Origin: Hyaloraphidium curvatum SAG 235-1
Lineage: Eukaryota; Fungi; Monoblepharomycota
DNA: 64,000 nucleotides
Assembly (NCBI GenBank): GCA_025558095.1
Contig: JAIVFI010000013.1
Location: 372,001-436,000, forward strand
Reading direction: 5' to 3'
Positions 23,680 through 36,846 of the stretch are shown here, piece after piece. Positions within the stretch are counted from its first letter, which is position 1. Each line of letters opens with the position of its first letter. The notes under the pieces are model-generated. The model saw only the letters and a program-made list of their open reading frames with translations, searched no databases and was not told where the DNA came from. Position numbers and translations under genes: made by a program.

Positions 23680-24919
23680 CTAGGATGGCACGTTTGAGAA
23701 CAGATACGATATGGACTCCCCGTTGTGGGTTCTCCGGATTGCCTCGGCAATAGTCGCGGAAATGTCAATCGTTTCCAGCTTCGGACAGAGGAGCTTCTTG
23801 TCCTCGTGCGGGATTGTGTTTGTGACGACAACCTTCGACAACGGCGAGTTGTTTATGACGTCGATGGCTTTGCCCGAGAGAACACCTGCGAACCACTGGT
23901 GAGATACGAGGGGAGGATATGGCCGGATGTCCTACCGTGGGTCACACACGCGTAAACCCGGGTCGCGCCGTTGTCCTTCAGCACGGACGCTGCAAGACCC
24001 AGGGTGCCGCACGTATCTGCCATGTCGCTGGAGGCACGATGAGGGAGGTTCCGACCGAACTCCGCGCGCGCCCCACTCAACCAAAATGCAGGCCTTGCCC
24101 GCCACGTCGCCAACAAGCACCATCCTGGAGATCTCGTTCGCCTTTTTCCGCTCCTTGTGGATCATTGCAAAGTCCAGGTTCAGGCGGTCGGCGATTGACG
24201 TTACTCTGCGGCCGAGCCAACTTCAGCCGAAAAGCCAACAGGCCAGCAACTGCCCCACCGCTTGGCGCCGCCGGCATCCGGGGAGACAATCACGAGCTCG
24301 CCAGTCTTATACTCCGGGATATTCTCCTTAATGTACTTCAACGTCGAGGGCTCGGCGTAGAGGTTGTCCACGGGGATGTTGAAGAACCCCTGGATCTGGC
24401 TGGCGTGGAGGTCCATGGTGATGACGTGGTTGGCGCCGGCCACCGTCAGCATGTTGGCGACGAGCCGGGCCGTGATCGGCGCTCTGCTCTTGTCCTTTTT
24501 GTCCTGGCGCGCGTAGGGGAAACAGGGTATGACCGCCGTCACGCGCCGCGCCGAGGCCGTCTTGCAGGCATTGATCATGATGAGCAGCTCCATGAGGTTA
24601 TCGTTGATCTCTCCGCAACCCGACTGGATGATGTAGACATCCTCGTCGCGAACCGACTCGCCGATGGTGATCGAGGTCTCGGTGTTCGAGTACTTGAGCA
24701 CCGCGGCCTTGGAAAGCTCCAACCCCAGCCGCCTTCACCGCAACCATGGGCCAAAAGAAAGAACGCGTGCCGCGTCCGTGACGAACGATGCGGAGACGTC
24801 CGTTGGTCAGAGCCTCGGGACCGACTGGACAACAGAGCGACGCACTTGACGATCAGTTTCGCCAGTTCCAGATGCGAGTTCCCGGCAAAGACCCGAATAG
24901 AGTTGTCATTGCCGCTCAT
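23680..24919 (-). CDS. PRS: Ribose-phosphate pyrophosphokinase
   Basis: [41 protein letters not shown]|DMADTCGT. Confidence 0.97.
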
Positions 24920-25110
24920 TCCGGTCGCAATCGACCCGGAACGACGTGCGGCGCGAGTCCGTGGCGGGAGTGATGGGCTGTCCAATAAGGCGGCCCCAGA
25001 GAGGCGGCGGTGGCCGCGACGCGAGCGATCAATCCGCTTCAGATCCTGACGCTGCAATGCTTGCGACGGTCGAACCCGAAGAGCAATCCATACCGTTGCC
25101 GCCAACCAAA

Positions 25111-26608
25111 ATGGCTCCTCCAAGCAAGACGACTCCCGGGGAAGGCGAGGCCCCGCCGCACGCCGAGCCAGAGCCGACCGAGACCGGGACGGGCATCCCA
25201 GCCAAATACAAGGACGGGGCGGATCCCGATGCGGAGGCGAAGGACACGACGGTCAACGTATCAGCCGCTGAGGTTCCCTCGCCAACCGAGCCGGTGCGGG
25301 AGGCTGGAGGCGAATCGGTCTCGCCGGCCGAGGACCCCGCTCAGGAGGGCGTGGACGCGGTCCCCACCATGCTGGATGCCGGAAGGAAGCACTTCACCCT
25401 GCAAAACTGGGAAGGTGCCGTGCAGCTATTTGGCAAAGCGGCCGAGATCCTGTGAGCTTCCTGTGCCCCTGTCGTCGTATTCTTCTGAGCCCCGTTCTCT
25501 TAGGTCGTCCGTCTACGGGCCCTTCGCCCTCGAGTGTGCCGAAGCCATGGTTTGGTACGGCAAGGCTCTTATCCGCAATGCGGTCGCGCAAGCCGGCTTG
25601 GTGGACACAAAGAACGCCGAAAAGAAGCAGATCGGAACCGCGGACGCCGAAGGTTGGTCTCGCCGATGCCTGCTCCGCCTGTTCTGAACGGCTCCCTGCA
25701 GTCGGTCCGTCGTCGCACTTTGTTTTCGAGGACGACGCCGAAGAGGCGAGCGAGGGGGAGGAGGAGGCCGGCGAAGAAGCGGCCGACCAGGGGACCTCAG
25801 CGCAGCCTGACGGCGAGCAGGAGATTGACACGGACGAGACCGACGACGACTTCACGTTGGCATGGGAGGCACTGTCGGTCGCGGCCAAGATCTACGAAGG
25901 CCAGACATCGGAGGATTGCAAGCGCCGCCTCGCCGACGTTTACATGCTGATGGGAGACTGCTGCCTCGAAGACGGTGAGCTGGTCGTTTGCCCGCCATGT
26001 GCCGCGTTGGAGCCGTTCCTTCCCAGACAACAGCACTCAGGCGATCGAAACTTTTAAGAAGGCTCTCGATCTCAAGGTGTCCTATCTTGAACCCTCAGAT
26101 CGCGAGCTGGCCGAGGTTCACCATCTTCTGGGCCTCGCTTACGAGCATGATAACATGATTGCCGAGGCGGTCGCGCACGTCGAGAAGGCCCGCGGGGTGC
26201 TCGAGAAGCGCATCGTTGTCCTTAAGGAAGGGGGCAAGGTTGACGGTGGGGACAAGGGAAAGGGCAAGGTCGACCCCGCGCAGGCCAAGGCCGAGGAGGA
26301 AATCGTGGAGCTTGAATCTCTGATCGTGGAGATCGATGCCAAGGTTCGCTCGGCGTGCCTGTCTGCCTTTCCCTCGCTTACTGCCCATTCGACAGATGGA
26401 CGACCTGCAGAATCTCGCAGCCCAGCAAGCTGAAGGAGACGCAGAGGCCAAGAAAGAGACCATGGCCTCATTGCCGCAGCCCGGGGCGCCCGTCAATGAT
26501 CTCAGCACCCTGATTGTGAAGAAGAAGCGCCGTGCCGAGGACGTCAACCCCGGGCCGGTCGAGACAGAATCAGAGGCCAAGCGGCCCAAGACGACGGACG
26601 CAGAGTAA
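25111..26608 (+). CDS. NASP/Sim3/Hif1 SHNi-TPR histone chaperone
   Basis: YGKALIRNA, acidic insert, DDFTLAWEALSVA, LADVYMLMGD, C-terminal PVNDLSTLIVKKKRR. Confidence 0.9.
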
Positions 26609-26635
26609 AGCATTGTTTGTAACGCGGTGGGAGCG

Positions 26636-29600
26636 CTACAAATCCTTGCCCTTCAGAAACATGCTCCGGAAATCGGCGTTCGATCGTGCCGGGGCCTTGG
26701 CGCCGCCCGAGTCCGTTTGGGTCGGCTCAGGGGCACTTGGCCTTGCATCTGGCCCAGCACCGATGCCCAGCCTCCGTCCACGTCCCCTGCTGGCTCCGAG
26801 CCCCGGTCTCGCCGCGCGTGGAGTCGCGTTGCTGCCCTGATCCATGCTCATCGCACCGTCTCTCCGGTCCGCAAATGACGCCCCTCCTCTCCCCCCCCTG
26901 CCACGAGTAGATGCCGGCCCCGCTTTCCCTCGCTGCTTCGCCTTTGGATCAGAATGCTCGACGAGCAGCGGCCTTCCGCCAAGGTCCGTGTTATGCAGGT
27001 TCAGAGCCGCAGCCGCGGCTTCTTCGGTTGCAAACTCCACGAACGCAATCCCGCGAGACTGCCCGTCTTCAAACCTGAGGATCCTGACCCCGGTCACATC
27101 TCCGAAAGCAGAAAACACTGATTTGAGATCATCCTCCGTCGAACTCCGGGGGAAGTTGCGGACGAAGAGCTCCTTCAAGTCGATCCTGTGCAATGATTGT
27201 CACTTTTCGCTGGCGTTAAACGGCGGGGACAAACACTAACGTGGGGGCAGTTTGCTTCGGATTGGAGATTGCGACCTTGATCGGCTTCCCACCCTCGAGG
27301 GGTTGCCCATTTAGTGAGCAGCTTTCCTGTGCAGCAGCCTGAGCCGCATTTGAGACAAAGGGCGGCCCTGCGACGTCATGAACCAACCTGTTTTGAAAAT
27401 TCGACATACGCGAAAGCAGTCGTATCGCGCCTGACTATGCGAATAGCTCGGATCTCGCCAAACTGCCGCAGGCTTGAGGACGGTAGGCAACGCAAGGACG
27501 ACAGCAAAGGCTTACCGGCAAGAACAGAGGCCTGAGCTGACCCTCGACAACATCGACGGGCAGCTTAGAGACGTATACGGTTCGAGCCGCATCCGAGTCG
27601 ATATCCATCTCGGCTCCATGACCCGTGTCATTGCTGATGAAACGTTAAACGTTGAAGCCATAGGTCACATGACCTCGGCAGCATCACCTTGCATCTGGCT
27701 CGGCCTTGTGAGCAGGGACAGCGCCATCGCCAAGGTCATCCGGCCCTTCAGTGGCCTTCGCTTTCTTCTTGGGCGGCAGGCTACCACTCGCGGCCTTCTT
27801 CCGCTTCTTGCTGGCGTTGTCCGACTCGACCTCTTGCATCCCGCCCATTTCCGTCTCGTTGGCGGTTTCGAAGGCCGCCATAGTCTGCAGAGGACGCTGG
27901 AGCCTCCGAATACGTTTCCATCGGCGCAAATATCACCTTCTCCATCTTCGCAGCAAGCTGACGTCGTCGAACTCCTATGCGCTCCATTGCGGCATACGTG
28001 GCATGTATGTCGCCGTGCTCGCGTTCAAAGCTCAGCCATGCGTCAAAAAGGGCTTCTGGCCAATCCAAGTTTCGATTCACGGCTTGCTTGAACAAGGTGC
28101 GGCATTTCTCGTAATCTCCGTGTGATCTGCACGACGAGTAAAGCACCGCAAACGACGGCCCGAACGCGGGCGGCCGTACCTCTCCGAATCGATAAACTCC
28201 AACCAAAACTGAGCCTCGACGCCGTGTCTCTTGATCAGCGCTTCCCAGCCCTTCCGAGCCACCTGATAATCTCCAAATCGCCGCCGTTCGATCGAAATTC
28301 GCCATCTCGGCATCGTTTCCATGGGATCCCCGTTGGGATGTACTGAATGGGAGACACAATGAGTCGGCTGCGGGACAGCGTTTGTGTCGACAGCTCACAA
28401 TCGTCGAACATCTTTTGGCACTCATCGGAAGCAGCGCGGAAGCTTTGGATCGCATCGGAACCTGATGCATGCGGATGAGTACACAGCGCGCACATCACCA
28501 AGCAGGACGTCTCACCTAGATCCTTAAGGCTTCGATTCAGATACTCGAGTTTCGCAAGAAGCAACTTGAGGAGCTCGGTAGGAGAGGTCAGGATAGGTTC
28601 GTTCGAAAGAGCGGTGAGGTAGAGCGCCTCAATCTCATCGCTTGATGCCTCCTTCCGTTCCTAAAAGATGCTTTCCGGGTCAGAGGAAAGCTCAGTCCGC
28701 TGACCTCGAACACACCATGATTCTCAGGCGGTGCGCCCAGAGCTCTGCTGACCAGGGACAATTGCGTGTGCTCCTTTCCGCGACCGCAGCAGCTACGTCC
28801 ACGAGTTGCGTCTTGCTCATCTAAAGCGGTGGAGGATGGCCGCATCAGTGTCCATGCGACCGACGGCGGCATGGACACGCACGAGGTAGACGATGAATGA
28901 ACTCCAAACTGAAGGATCCAAGCAGCGGGCGGCAACGGCTCGCTCGTACAACGTTCGGATCCGAAGGACGTCCTTTGTCTTTTGCTCCTCGAATACGACG
29001 TAGTTCAATATTGCTTCGTCGCCGAACCCGGAGGCAAGCTGCATTCGACGATCGTCAGACGCACGCCGCTAACGGTCAAGTGACATACCAGCGATTGCTC
29101 CAGCTGATCCCGATCCGCCAGCTCCGCTTTCCCGCGATTGTAATGCGGCATCATTGCCACCAGGTTTGCCTCGTAGTGCTGATTATCGTTGGCGGTTTCG
29201 AAGGAAGAGTAGAACGAGAATGTGTCCTCGATGGCTTCCGATCGAAGTGTCAGAAGTACGAACCGGTGGGTTCAACATTTGACTTACTGCGGTGTGGAAC
29301 CCGAAGCCGATCACGGTACAGGGTGCGAATACGGTTCACCTGGGCCTCTCTAGGTTCTGGCGCAGTCAGCTGCGACTGGTCAGGAAGAAAGTTCACATGG
29401 GGCGCGGTGGCTTACGCGATCGAGCAACTGAACTTCGAAGTCGCGGAACGCATCCCAAACGAGGTGGCTCTGTGACGTGTGCGTCAGCGGCATCCACCTA
29501 GATCGTGGCATGGTCACCTCTTGAATGTGCCACTGGCATGCGGAGTTGGCTCTCTGGCACAGGCTGCGCACTTCTTCTTCCGCGAGAATGGGGTCCGCGT

Positions 29601-30017
29601 CTGGGTCCGAAAACTCCACCGCCAACGCGATGTGAAGAGCGTACAGCTTCGGAGCTATTAGTTCCGAGGAGTGCGAAGGCGTCAGCAACCCGGAGACAGA
29701 ATGTCCCTCGCCGTCCCACATAGGTAGTCCTGAACTGCCCGGCCGCACAAGTCGAGCACGAATCTTTTCTGATTGGCCGCCGCTCCTTCGTAGTTTTCGT
29801 CCTCAATCCATTCCTCCCAAAGCTCCTCGCTCAAAGGGAAGCTGGCGGCCATGTCCTCCCGCGCGAGACGGAGTTCCTTCGATCGCGGATGCGCGGCACG
29901 AAGGCTTCTGATTGCTGACAGCTTGGCATTGTATCCAGCCTCGCCGCCCGCGGCAGCGTCCGTTTCAGGCTGGTCGCCCGAATGCATCACGGCATCTTCG
30001 ACCCCGTCCGGATCCAT
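26636..30017 (-). CDS. PRP24: SART3/Prp24 U4/U6 recycling factor (HAT repeats + RRMs)
   Basis: FPLSEELWEEWIEDE, LYERAVA, WLSFEREHG, RRM RGIAFVEF and the C-terminal Lsm-interaction motif SNADFRSMFL. Start uncertain. Confidence 0.92.
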
Positions 30018-30211
30018 CTGTGACGCGAAACGCGTGGGCGGAGCTGCGTCGTTCGCGTCGTGTTTTTGTGATCGATCGACGCGTTCCTACACAGACCACC
30101 CTCCCCTCTCCCCTTCATCGGCGTCTGTCAGCGCGAGTGGACCCAGCGAACCCTCGTCGGGCTCGGGTTAGCAGGTTGAAGACCGACGACTCCGTTCGTC
30201 CACTCGCCACC

Positions 30212-31553
30212 ATGGTGTTCATTGGATTCATCGGAGCCGGTTCGTGTTTCCATCGGATACTTCACGTCTCCGTGGGGCCTGAGAGTGCCTTCGGACAGGA
30301 TTCATCGGGGCAGAGGTCCTCAGGCAGCTACATGAATACCACACGAAGCACGGCGGCGTGCACCTGCCCGTCATTGCCCTTCTTGAGCTCAAAGGCCTCT
30401 TTGCACACACTCCGACGCCGACACAGCCTGGAATGGATCTTGCTCGGTGGAAGGAAGACCTGGACACCAAGGCCATCGATGCTGGCCAGAGCAACCTCGA
30501 CAACTTCGTCGCGCACATGAGCAAGTACTCTCCCAGCATCATCGTGGACTGCACCGCTTCGGAAAAGATCGCGGCCATGTACCCGATCTGGCTGAGCAAG
30601 GGCATGCACGTTGTGACGCCGAACAAGAAGGCCTTTTCTGGTCCGATCGACATCTGGCACAAGATTCGGTCCCTGTCTGCGCCCCAGCCTGGCAAGCTCA
30701 ACCAGCCTCTGTGCTATCACGAATCGTCTGTTGGTGCTGGGCTTCCCATCATCAGCACCCTGAACGACCTCGTCCGCACCGGAGACCGCGTCATTAAGAT
30801 CGAGGGCATCTTCTCGGGGACCTTGAGCTTCATCTTCAACCAGTTTTCTCCGAACGGTAGCAGCGGTCAGGCGCCATCGCCAAAGTTTTCGGACATTGTC
30901 AAGGTCGCAAAGTCAAAGGGTTACACGGTGAGTTGGCGCGCGTTGAACCGGCATGTTCACCACCAACTCCGTTCAGGAACCCGACCCCAGGGATGATCTG
31001 AATGGGGTGGACGTTGCGCGGAAGGTCGTGATCCTTGGGCGGCTTGCGGGCCTGGAATTGAGCTTGGAGCAGCTGCCGGTGGAAAACATTGTGCCCGAGC
31101 AGCTGCGGACGGTGCCGACTGCCGACGATTTCTTGGCCGGTCTTCCCAAGCATGACCAACATTTCGAATCCCTCAAGGCAGCAGCCGCTGCCAGGGGCGA
31201 GGTTTTGCGCTACGTCGGGGTGGTCGATCCCAAAGGAGGAAGCGGTGTCAAGCTCATGAGGTACGTGCCTCTGTCCGTCTGCCATGGGGCCAAATTGGAC
31301 GCAACGTGCTCAGCTACCCGAGCTCGCATCCATTCGCTTCGCTGCGCGGCTCGGACAACATCATTGCCTTCTACACCGAGGTTTCGTTCCCCGAGAACCC
31401 GTTGGTTGTTATCGGCGCAGGGGCCGGGGCCGGCGTCACGGCGTTTGGCATTTTCAGGTGCGCAGTCGTCCGACGCGGGCTTCGCTGCGCCTTACATTAT
31501 CTGCCAGCGACATTCTCCGTATCGCGGATCGTGTCCACTACGCGAAGATCTAG
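30212..31553 (+). CDS. HOM6: Homoserine dehydrogenase
   Basis: MVFIGFIGAG|FIG Rossmann motif, VVTPNKK, HESSVGAGLPII, EPDPRDDLNGVDVARK, GAGAGAGVTA. Confidence 0.96.
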
Positions 31554-32725
31554 CTACTCCGACTTCGAGCCCGACTCGGCCGGTGCGGCCCTCCGCCTCG
31601 TCTTCCCGGGGCTGGTGCTGCCGGGAGCTTTGTGTACCTGTGGCCTATGTCATCCCATGTCTGCGACGGTTGCGCAACTCTGCCCACGTTTTTGACGTGC
31701 TCCGGGATCCACTCATCCTGCAGCACCTTGGGGGCGGGTGCGGAACCTTCCGTCTTCCTAACAGTCCGCGCCGCTCCCCGCTTGCCTCGTCCCTTCCCGG
31801 AGGGGAAGAACTGTTCTCGGATCAGGTAGCCGGCGCCCACGGCGATGGCGATGAGAATGACATAGAGGAATATTCTGGGAGGCAGGGAGCTCGAGATGCA
31901 GTGTGACAACCGTCCCGAGAAAACTCACGCCTGCAAATCGTAGAAGTGCATCTCCTGTTCCGTGATGTTGATGGTGCCTCGGAAGGCGTAGTTACGGTAA
32001 GATTGGTTGTTCTGGTCACAAGGTCGGTCAGGCAGAACCGCTGCCGCCGACTCGGCGCCGCCCACCGCGTCCATGTACTCTGCAATCACGACCATTCCCA
32101 GATCCTCGGGATCGATGTCCACCCGGAAGTAGTAGGGCATGGATTCCGTATTCCCCGGTTGGACGACGCGGCCATACCGGTAGGCCGACAGCTGCGGAAC
32201 AGACTCGTCGGCGACAACGACGCAGAGCGCAGATGTCTTCTTACGTTGCGCAGAACTTGGGAGAAGTTGTTGGGAGAAACGAGGACACCGGCCATGGCTA
32301 TGGCGGTGTCAGCACGAGGCCATCGAGCCAGTCGACACTGGCCTCACCCAGGATCGTGTAATTCATCTTTCCATTGTTCGTCACGTTGATCGCGAGGAGC
32401 GTCGGCTCCCCGGAAACCACATCTGCAGCAGCGCCGTTAACGCGTCCCCAGGTCGTGCGAAACGGGCTCGATGCCCACTGCTGAAGGGGTTGTTCGGGAA
32501 CTCGCTCGTGAACTCGAGGTCCGAAGCCTCCTCCGGTAAGCCGTCGGCCGCCATGCTCGCTCCAGCGGCCTCGGGTTTGTCCAGGTCTTCAACCGCGTCA
32601 TCCTCGACCGCGCGAGCCAGCCCCACTGCGCGCGGAAGTGAGAAATCCCGCCGTACCGCCCACTAGCCGTGCTCACGGCACGCGAAGAGGAGAGCTACGA
32701 GCCACAGGAGTCGGAGCGCCCTCAT
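31554..32725 (-). CDS. Translocon-associated protein alpha / Irc22-like
   Basis: Signal peptide MRALRLLWLVALLF, acidic N-terminus, VLRN|LSAYRY, a single TM segment (IFLYVILIAIAVGAGY), DEWIPEH. Confidence 0.85.
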
Positions 32726-32814
32726 TCTTACTAGGGCGGTGATGTGATGTGCTGGCGTGTCTTGGGTGCGGCCGACGCCGAACGCGCCGCCAAAAACACG
32801 AATCGCAACACAAA

Positions 32815-33168
32815 ATGGCTCTGTTCTACGACGAGGGTGCGCGGCCGGAGCGACTGTTGTTCTACTTGTGTTCCAGCTGATATCGGCATTGCTCCAGTGG
32901 AGGTCGAGGACATGGACTTCGATGCGGAGCTGTCAACCTACTTCTACCCCTGCCCTTGCGGAGACCGCTTTGCCATCACCTTGGTCGGTCTGCTATTGGA
33001 ACCTCTAGACCTGAAAGAGGATCTCATACCAAGCTCTCCATGCAGGATGAATTGGCGAATGGCGAGGAGGTCGCGCGCTGCCCCTCGTGCTCCCTCATCA
33101 TCCGCGTCATCTACGACCCCAGCGAGTTCGCAAGAGATGCTGAAACGATAGATCTCGATGCCGACTAG
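32815..33168 (+). CDS. DPH3: Diphthamide biosynthesis CSL zinc finger Dph3/Kti11
   Basis: FYDE|[23 protein letters not shown]|[18 protein letters not shown]. Confidence 0.97.
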
Positions 33169-33329
33169 GCTGGACTATCGCGGTATTCTCTTCTCCCCCC
33201 GCCTTTGCCTTGTCGCACCGAGGAGCGGCCCGCGCGCCGCACATTTTGGACTGGCGCTACAATGGCCTTGAGGGTGAGGCAAGCAACCTGTTCGACGATC
33301 AGGCAGTCTGTTAATCGCCGCAGACTACC

Positions 33330-36300
33330 TCAGGTCATCGGCGGCCCAGACAATATGGCGTCTGCTACTTGTTCCTTCCGCTCGCGTGGAATCCGCGACC
33401 GCTGCGACCAATCGAACTCCGCTGCGAGCCATTCGGGGACGGTGCTCCTCCCCAGCCAGCTCTGCAGGATCAGCCAAGAACCTTCCCAATCTTTCGAGGC
33501 TACCGTACGCCAGAGCAAAGTGCTTTCTTGGGCCATGTCGCCGGAGGCGCCGATGATGTCCAAGAGGGGGGCAATGCCACTCTCGACGAGCATCATTTCC
33601 TTCACACCGAGCGGAACGTTTTGCACCAACGCCGACGTCAATGCCACGAGGCTTCGCATTAGCCTTTGGTTGTAGGCGTGCTTGGAAGTGACTAGCAGGC
33701 GCCCGTCGCCGTTCGACTCGTCAGAGGTCCGGAACACGGATTTCCAGATGCTCAACATCCTCGGAAGGAGATCCTCGCGGGCCCTTTTGGTCATGAAGTC
33801 CTTGCCCACCTCCACCGCCGTGGCAATGGCAGACACTGCCTCCAAAGCAACGAACCGGTCCGAGTCCGACAGCCGAGACACCAGGACAGGCCATAGTCGG
33901 TGTAGGAGAGGTAAGAGCTCGCCATTGTCTTTTTGCAGAGCAACGAAGCCGGTTCTGAAGAGAACGAGAAGCCCCCGCCGCACGGCGGGCGAACCGTGTG
34001 AAGCGAAGTGGCTGCACTTCTCCAGCACGCTGGCAAGGAGTTTTGCCTTGCCTGGGCGCCCATTGGCTTGCTCGGCCCCATCATCTCCCGCTCCGGAGCA
34101 CCGTCCAGTCTCATCCAAAACCTCGTCATTCAGAGAGGCTGACGGAGCTTCTCGGTCTGCTGCGTTTGGGCCTGGCCCCCATTTCAACCAGAACGCCTTC
34201 ATGTCCATAGTCGCACCACCGGGGAATTCTCGAGGCAACCCGGGTAAGTCAGCAGAGAAGACTTCGGGGTCCCCCTTTGCCTCTGCCCGGTCCTCGTCAG
34301 GTCCTGCTGATGCCAGCGCGCCGCAGACATCTCCCAACACACCCAACAACGATGTCACGACATCCTCGTTCCTTTTCCAAACGTCCAGAGCGTCCATGAC
34401 TTCATCAAGGGTATCTTCGATGAGGGGAGCGATGGAAGGTCCCGCCAGCATAATCGCAGACTGCAGGGCCTTTGGAACGCGGGGAAGCAAGAAAAGGCGA
34501 CGGAGCCGTGAACAAAACATGTCGATCACAGAGTCCATGAGAGAGACGACTAGTTCGGCAGGTGAAGGATATCCGAGCCGCGCGGCAAGGGAACGCAGCA
34601 CGTCATCGGAGGACGAAGGGCCAGCCCTCTCTCGGACACCAAGGGAGCACAAGCAAACGAAAACGATATCGGGCAGATGCAGCTCCAGATCGCCGAGGTC
34701 CATCCGTTGGCAGCAAATCCCGATCACATCCGCAATAAGAGCAGCATCTCGTTCCCCGATGATCGCACCTTCGCTTTCGGGCGCGTTACTGCTGTCAGCG
34801 TCCCGCCGGAGCGCGCTGCGCAGAACGCGTCGAAGAGCAGCGGCTTGAAGCGGTGAACGTGCATCGTCGTTGACGTGTCGAAAGATGAAAACAAGGCCGG
34901 GCGACAAATCGTGGTGATCGAGCTGATGAACGACCATGTCCGCTACCTCGTCCTGAAACGAAGGTATACAACCGCCCACCAGCTTCATCAAGTCGCCCAG
35001 AAGAAGCAAGGCGGGTTCCAACCCGGCGCCGGACGACTCCCCGTCGAGAGCCGCTATAGAACTATTGGTCGTGATGCTGCCCTTCCCACCGTAATCCAAG
35101 GACGAGAAGAACATGCTGACGCCGGCGGTGGCCGGAATACCGCGCGTGACCCGCTTGCCCGACCGTCCGTGCAACAGCTCAGTCACCACTCCTTCGAAAT
35201 CCGAGAGCCATCGACCAGCAAATTCGATCCGGAGGGTTCGGAGCGACCAAAGCTTCGCGGCGTGGCGCAGGCATCCCTTTAGGAAAAGAATCGACTCGAA
35301 CCGTGCCTCTCCCAGCGAGTACTGCCGGACTGCGGATGGCAGTGCCTCGAAGCAGGCAAGGAACCGCTCATGGGTCGACTTCAGTATGGCCTCCCAGCTC
35401 TCGTCGCTGCTCAATTGAAGGCGCTCCAGGATTCGTCGGGCGGCGTCCCCTGCGCCGCCTTCCGATTCTCCGAGGACAAGTATAGACTCCAGCCCGACTG
35501 CAGCCAATGCGGGGCGCACCGTACGCCCATCCGACAGCGCAACGTGCGCTAGACCGAGCGCAGCCTCCTTCACGTAGGGATGAGGGTGACCGCATAGCTG
35601 GGCGAGCAGGACGGCGGCGAGCTTTTCCATACGAGCTGACGCGATTGCCAGCGACGGCATTTCAGATTTGCTGAGATCGCTTGGGCGATCAGACCCAGAC
35701 GAGATGCTGAGCAGGGTTCCGTTCGAATCCGTCCAGTTGCCCACGTGCGCTATCCAATCGTCAAGCGACCGAGGCGTGGTGTCCCCACTGTCTTGCGACC
35801 GCAACAGCAGCAAGACGGCAGATAGGCAAGTCGAAGCTATGCCAGCCGCCGCTACGATCACGGAGTGATGTTCCTTTGCATCTCGTAGGCACAATCTGGA
35901 GACCGAGCTTACGATTCCCGGAAGGAAACGTCCAAGTAGGGTCCACGAGGAGCAGACAAGTTGAACCAAAGCTTTCAGCACGCCAAGCGAGGATCGGCGT
36001 ACATCCAGCCCAAGCGCGACGTCCTCGGCGGCGGTCACGAGACCAAGAACGGCGTGCGCCAATGGCTTCCGTATCAACTCGCTGCCATTGCCGAATGGAG
36101 CGTCGGGATCACGCTTCGGGCGCTTGGCTTCAGCCGCGATAAGGCTAGCAAGGCATTGAATCGCCGCCAATCGCAGTTCATCCGGCACAACCGAGAGTGT
36201 CGGCCCCCCTGTGGCAGACAAGCGCCGGAAGCCTCCGCTGGCGACGTAGACCGCGAGGACGGTCAAAAGTTCCAATGCATTGTCCCCCGACAGTCCGGCG

Positions 36301-36647
36301 TGGTCCGATTCGGCCACTGCATCGAGCACGCGGCGCAAACACGTCAGGGCAGCCGCCGCGTTCGCGTCCGAAACATCGGGATGCCGCAGAACCTGCACGA
36401 GCGGAAAGATGACGTAGTCGGACAGCGATGCGAGCACATGGCTGCCAAAATCCTTGCAGATCTGTTCCTCGCTGGCGAGGAGGGCTTCGAAGGACGGGTC
36501 GGTGCCGCGTCCCGACGCAGCCGTCCCTCGGAGGATTCCAACGCAGTGCCGTTTGAGCTGCGGGTTGGATCAGTTAGGAAACGAAGCATTCAAGACAGGA
36601 ACACGACTGACGATGTGGAACGCTCGCCCCAGGGCGTCATCATTCAT
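33330..36647 (-). CDS. TTI1: TELO2-interacting protein 1 (TTT complex)
   Basis: AFHI|LKRHCV, LSDYVIFPL, RFLPGIVS, LLPLLHRLWP; HEAT-repeat composition; one 5' intron then an exon of about 3.2 kb. Confidence 0.85.
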
Positions 36648-36732
36648 TTGGCGTGTGTGCGTAGGATTTGCGGCGGGTTGAACTTCCTCTGCGCGCTCCA
36701 GAACCACCGGACCTCGAGGCCGACATTTTTCT

Positions 36733-36802
36733 GGGTATCGCATGTATTGCATACAATGAGGGGAAGCAGTTTGATGGGTATCGCAAGAAGCCTGATGGGT
36801 AT
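36733..36802 (-). promoter_or_regulatory. Three GCGATACCC (AUACCC) motifs in the 3' UTR of the RRM gene
   Basis: GGGTATCGC on the + strand at 36733, 36776 and 36797, just past the stop codon at 36847. Confidence 0.45.
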
Positions 36803-36846
36803 CGCTCTAGGTAAGAAGGAAAGAGAGAGTCGAGAGTGGATGTCGG

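Noticed and set aside
34566-34573. ATATCCTT (- strand) as a U12 donor
   Set aside because: It lies within the open TTI1 frame, and no intron is needed there.
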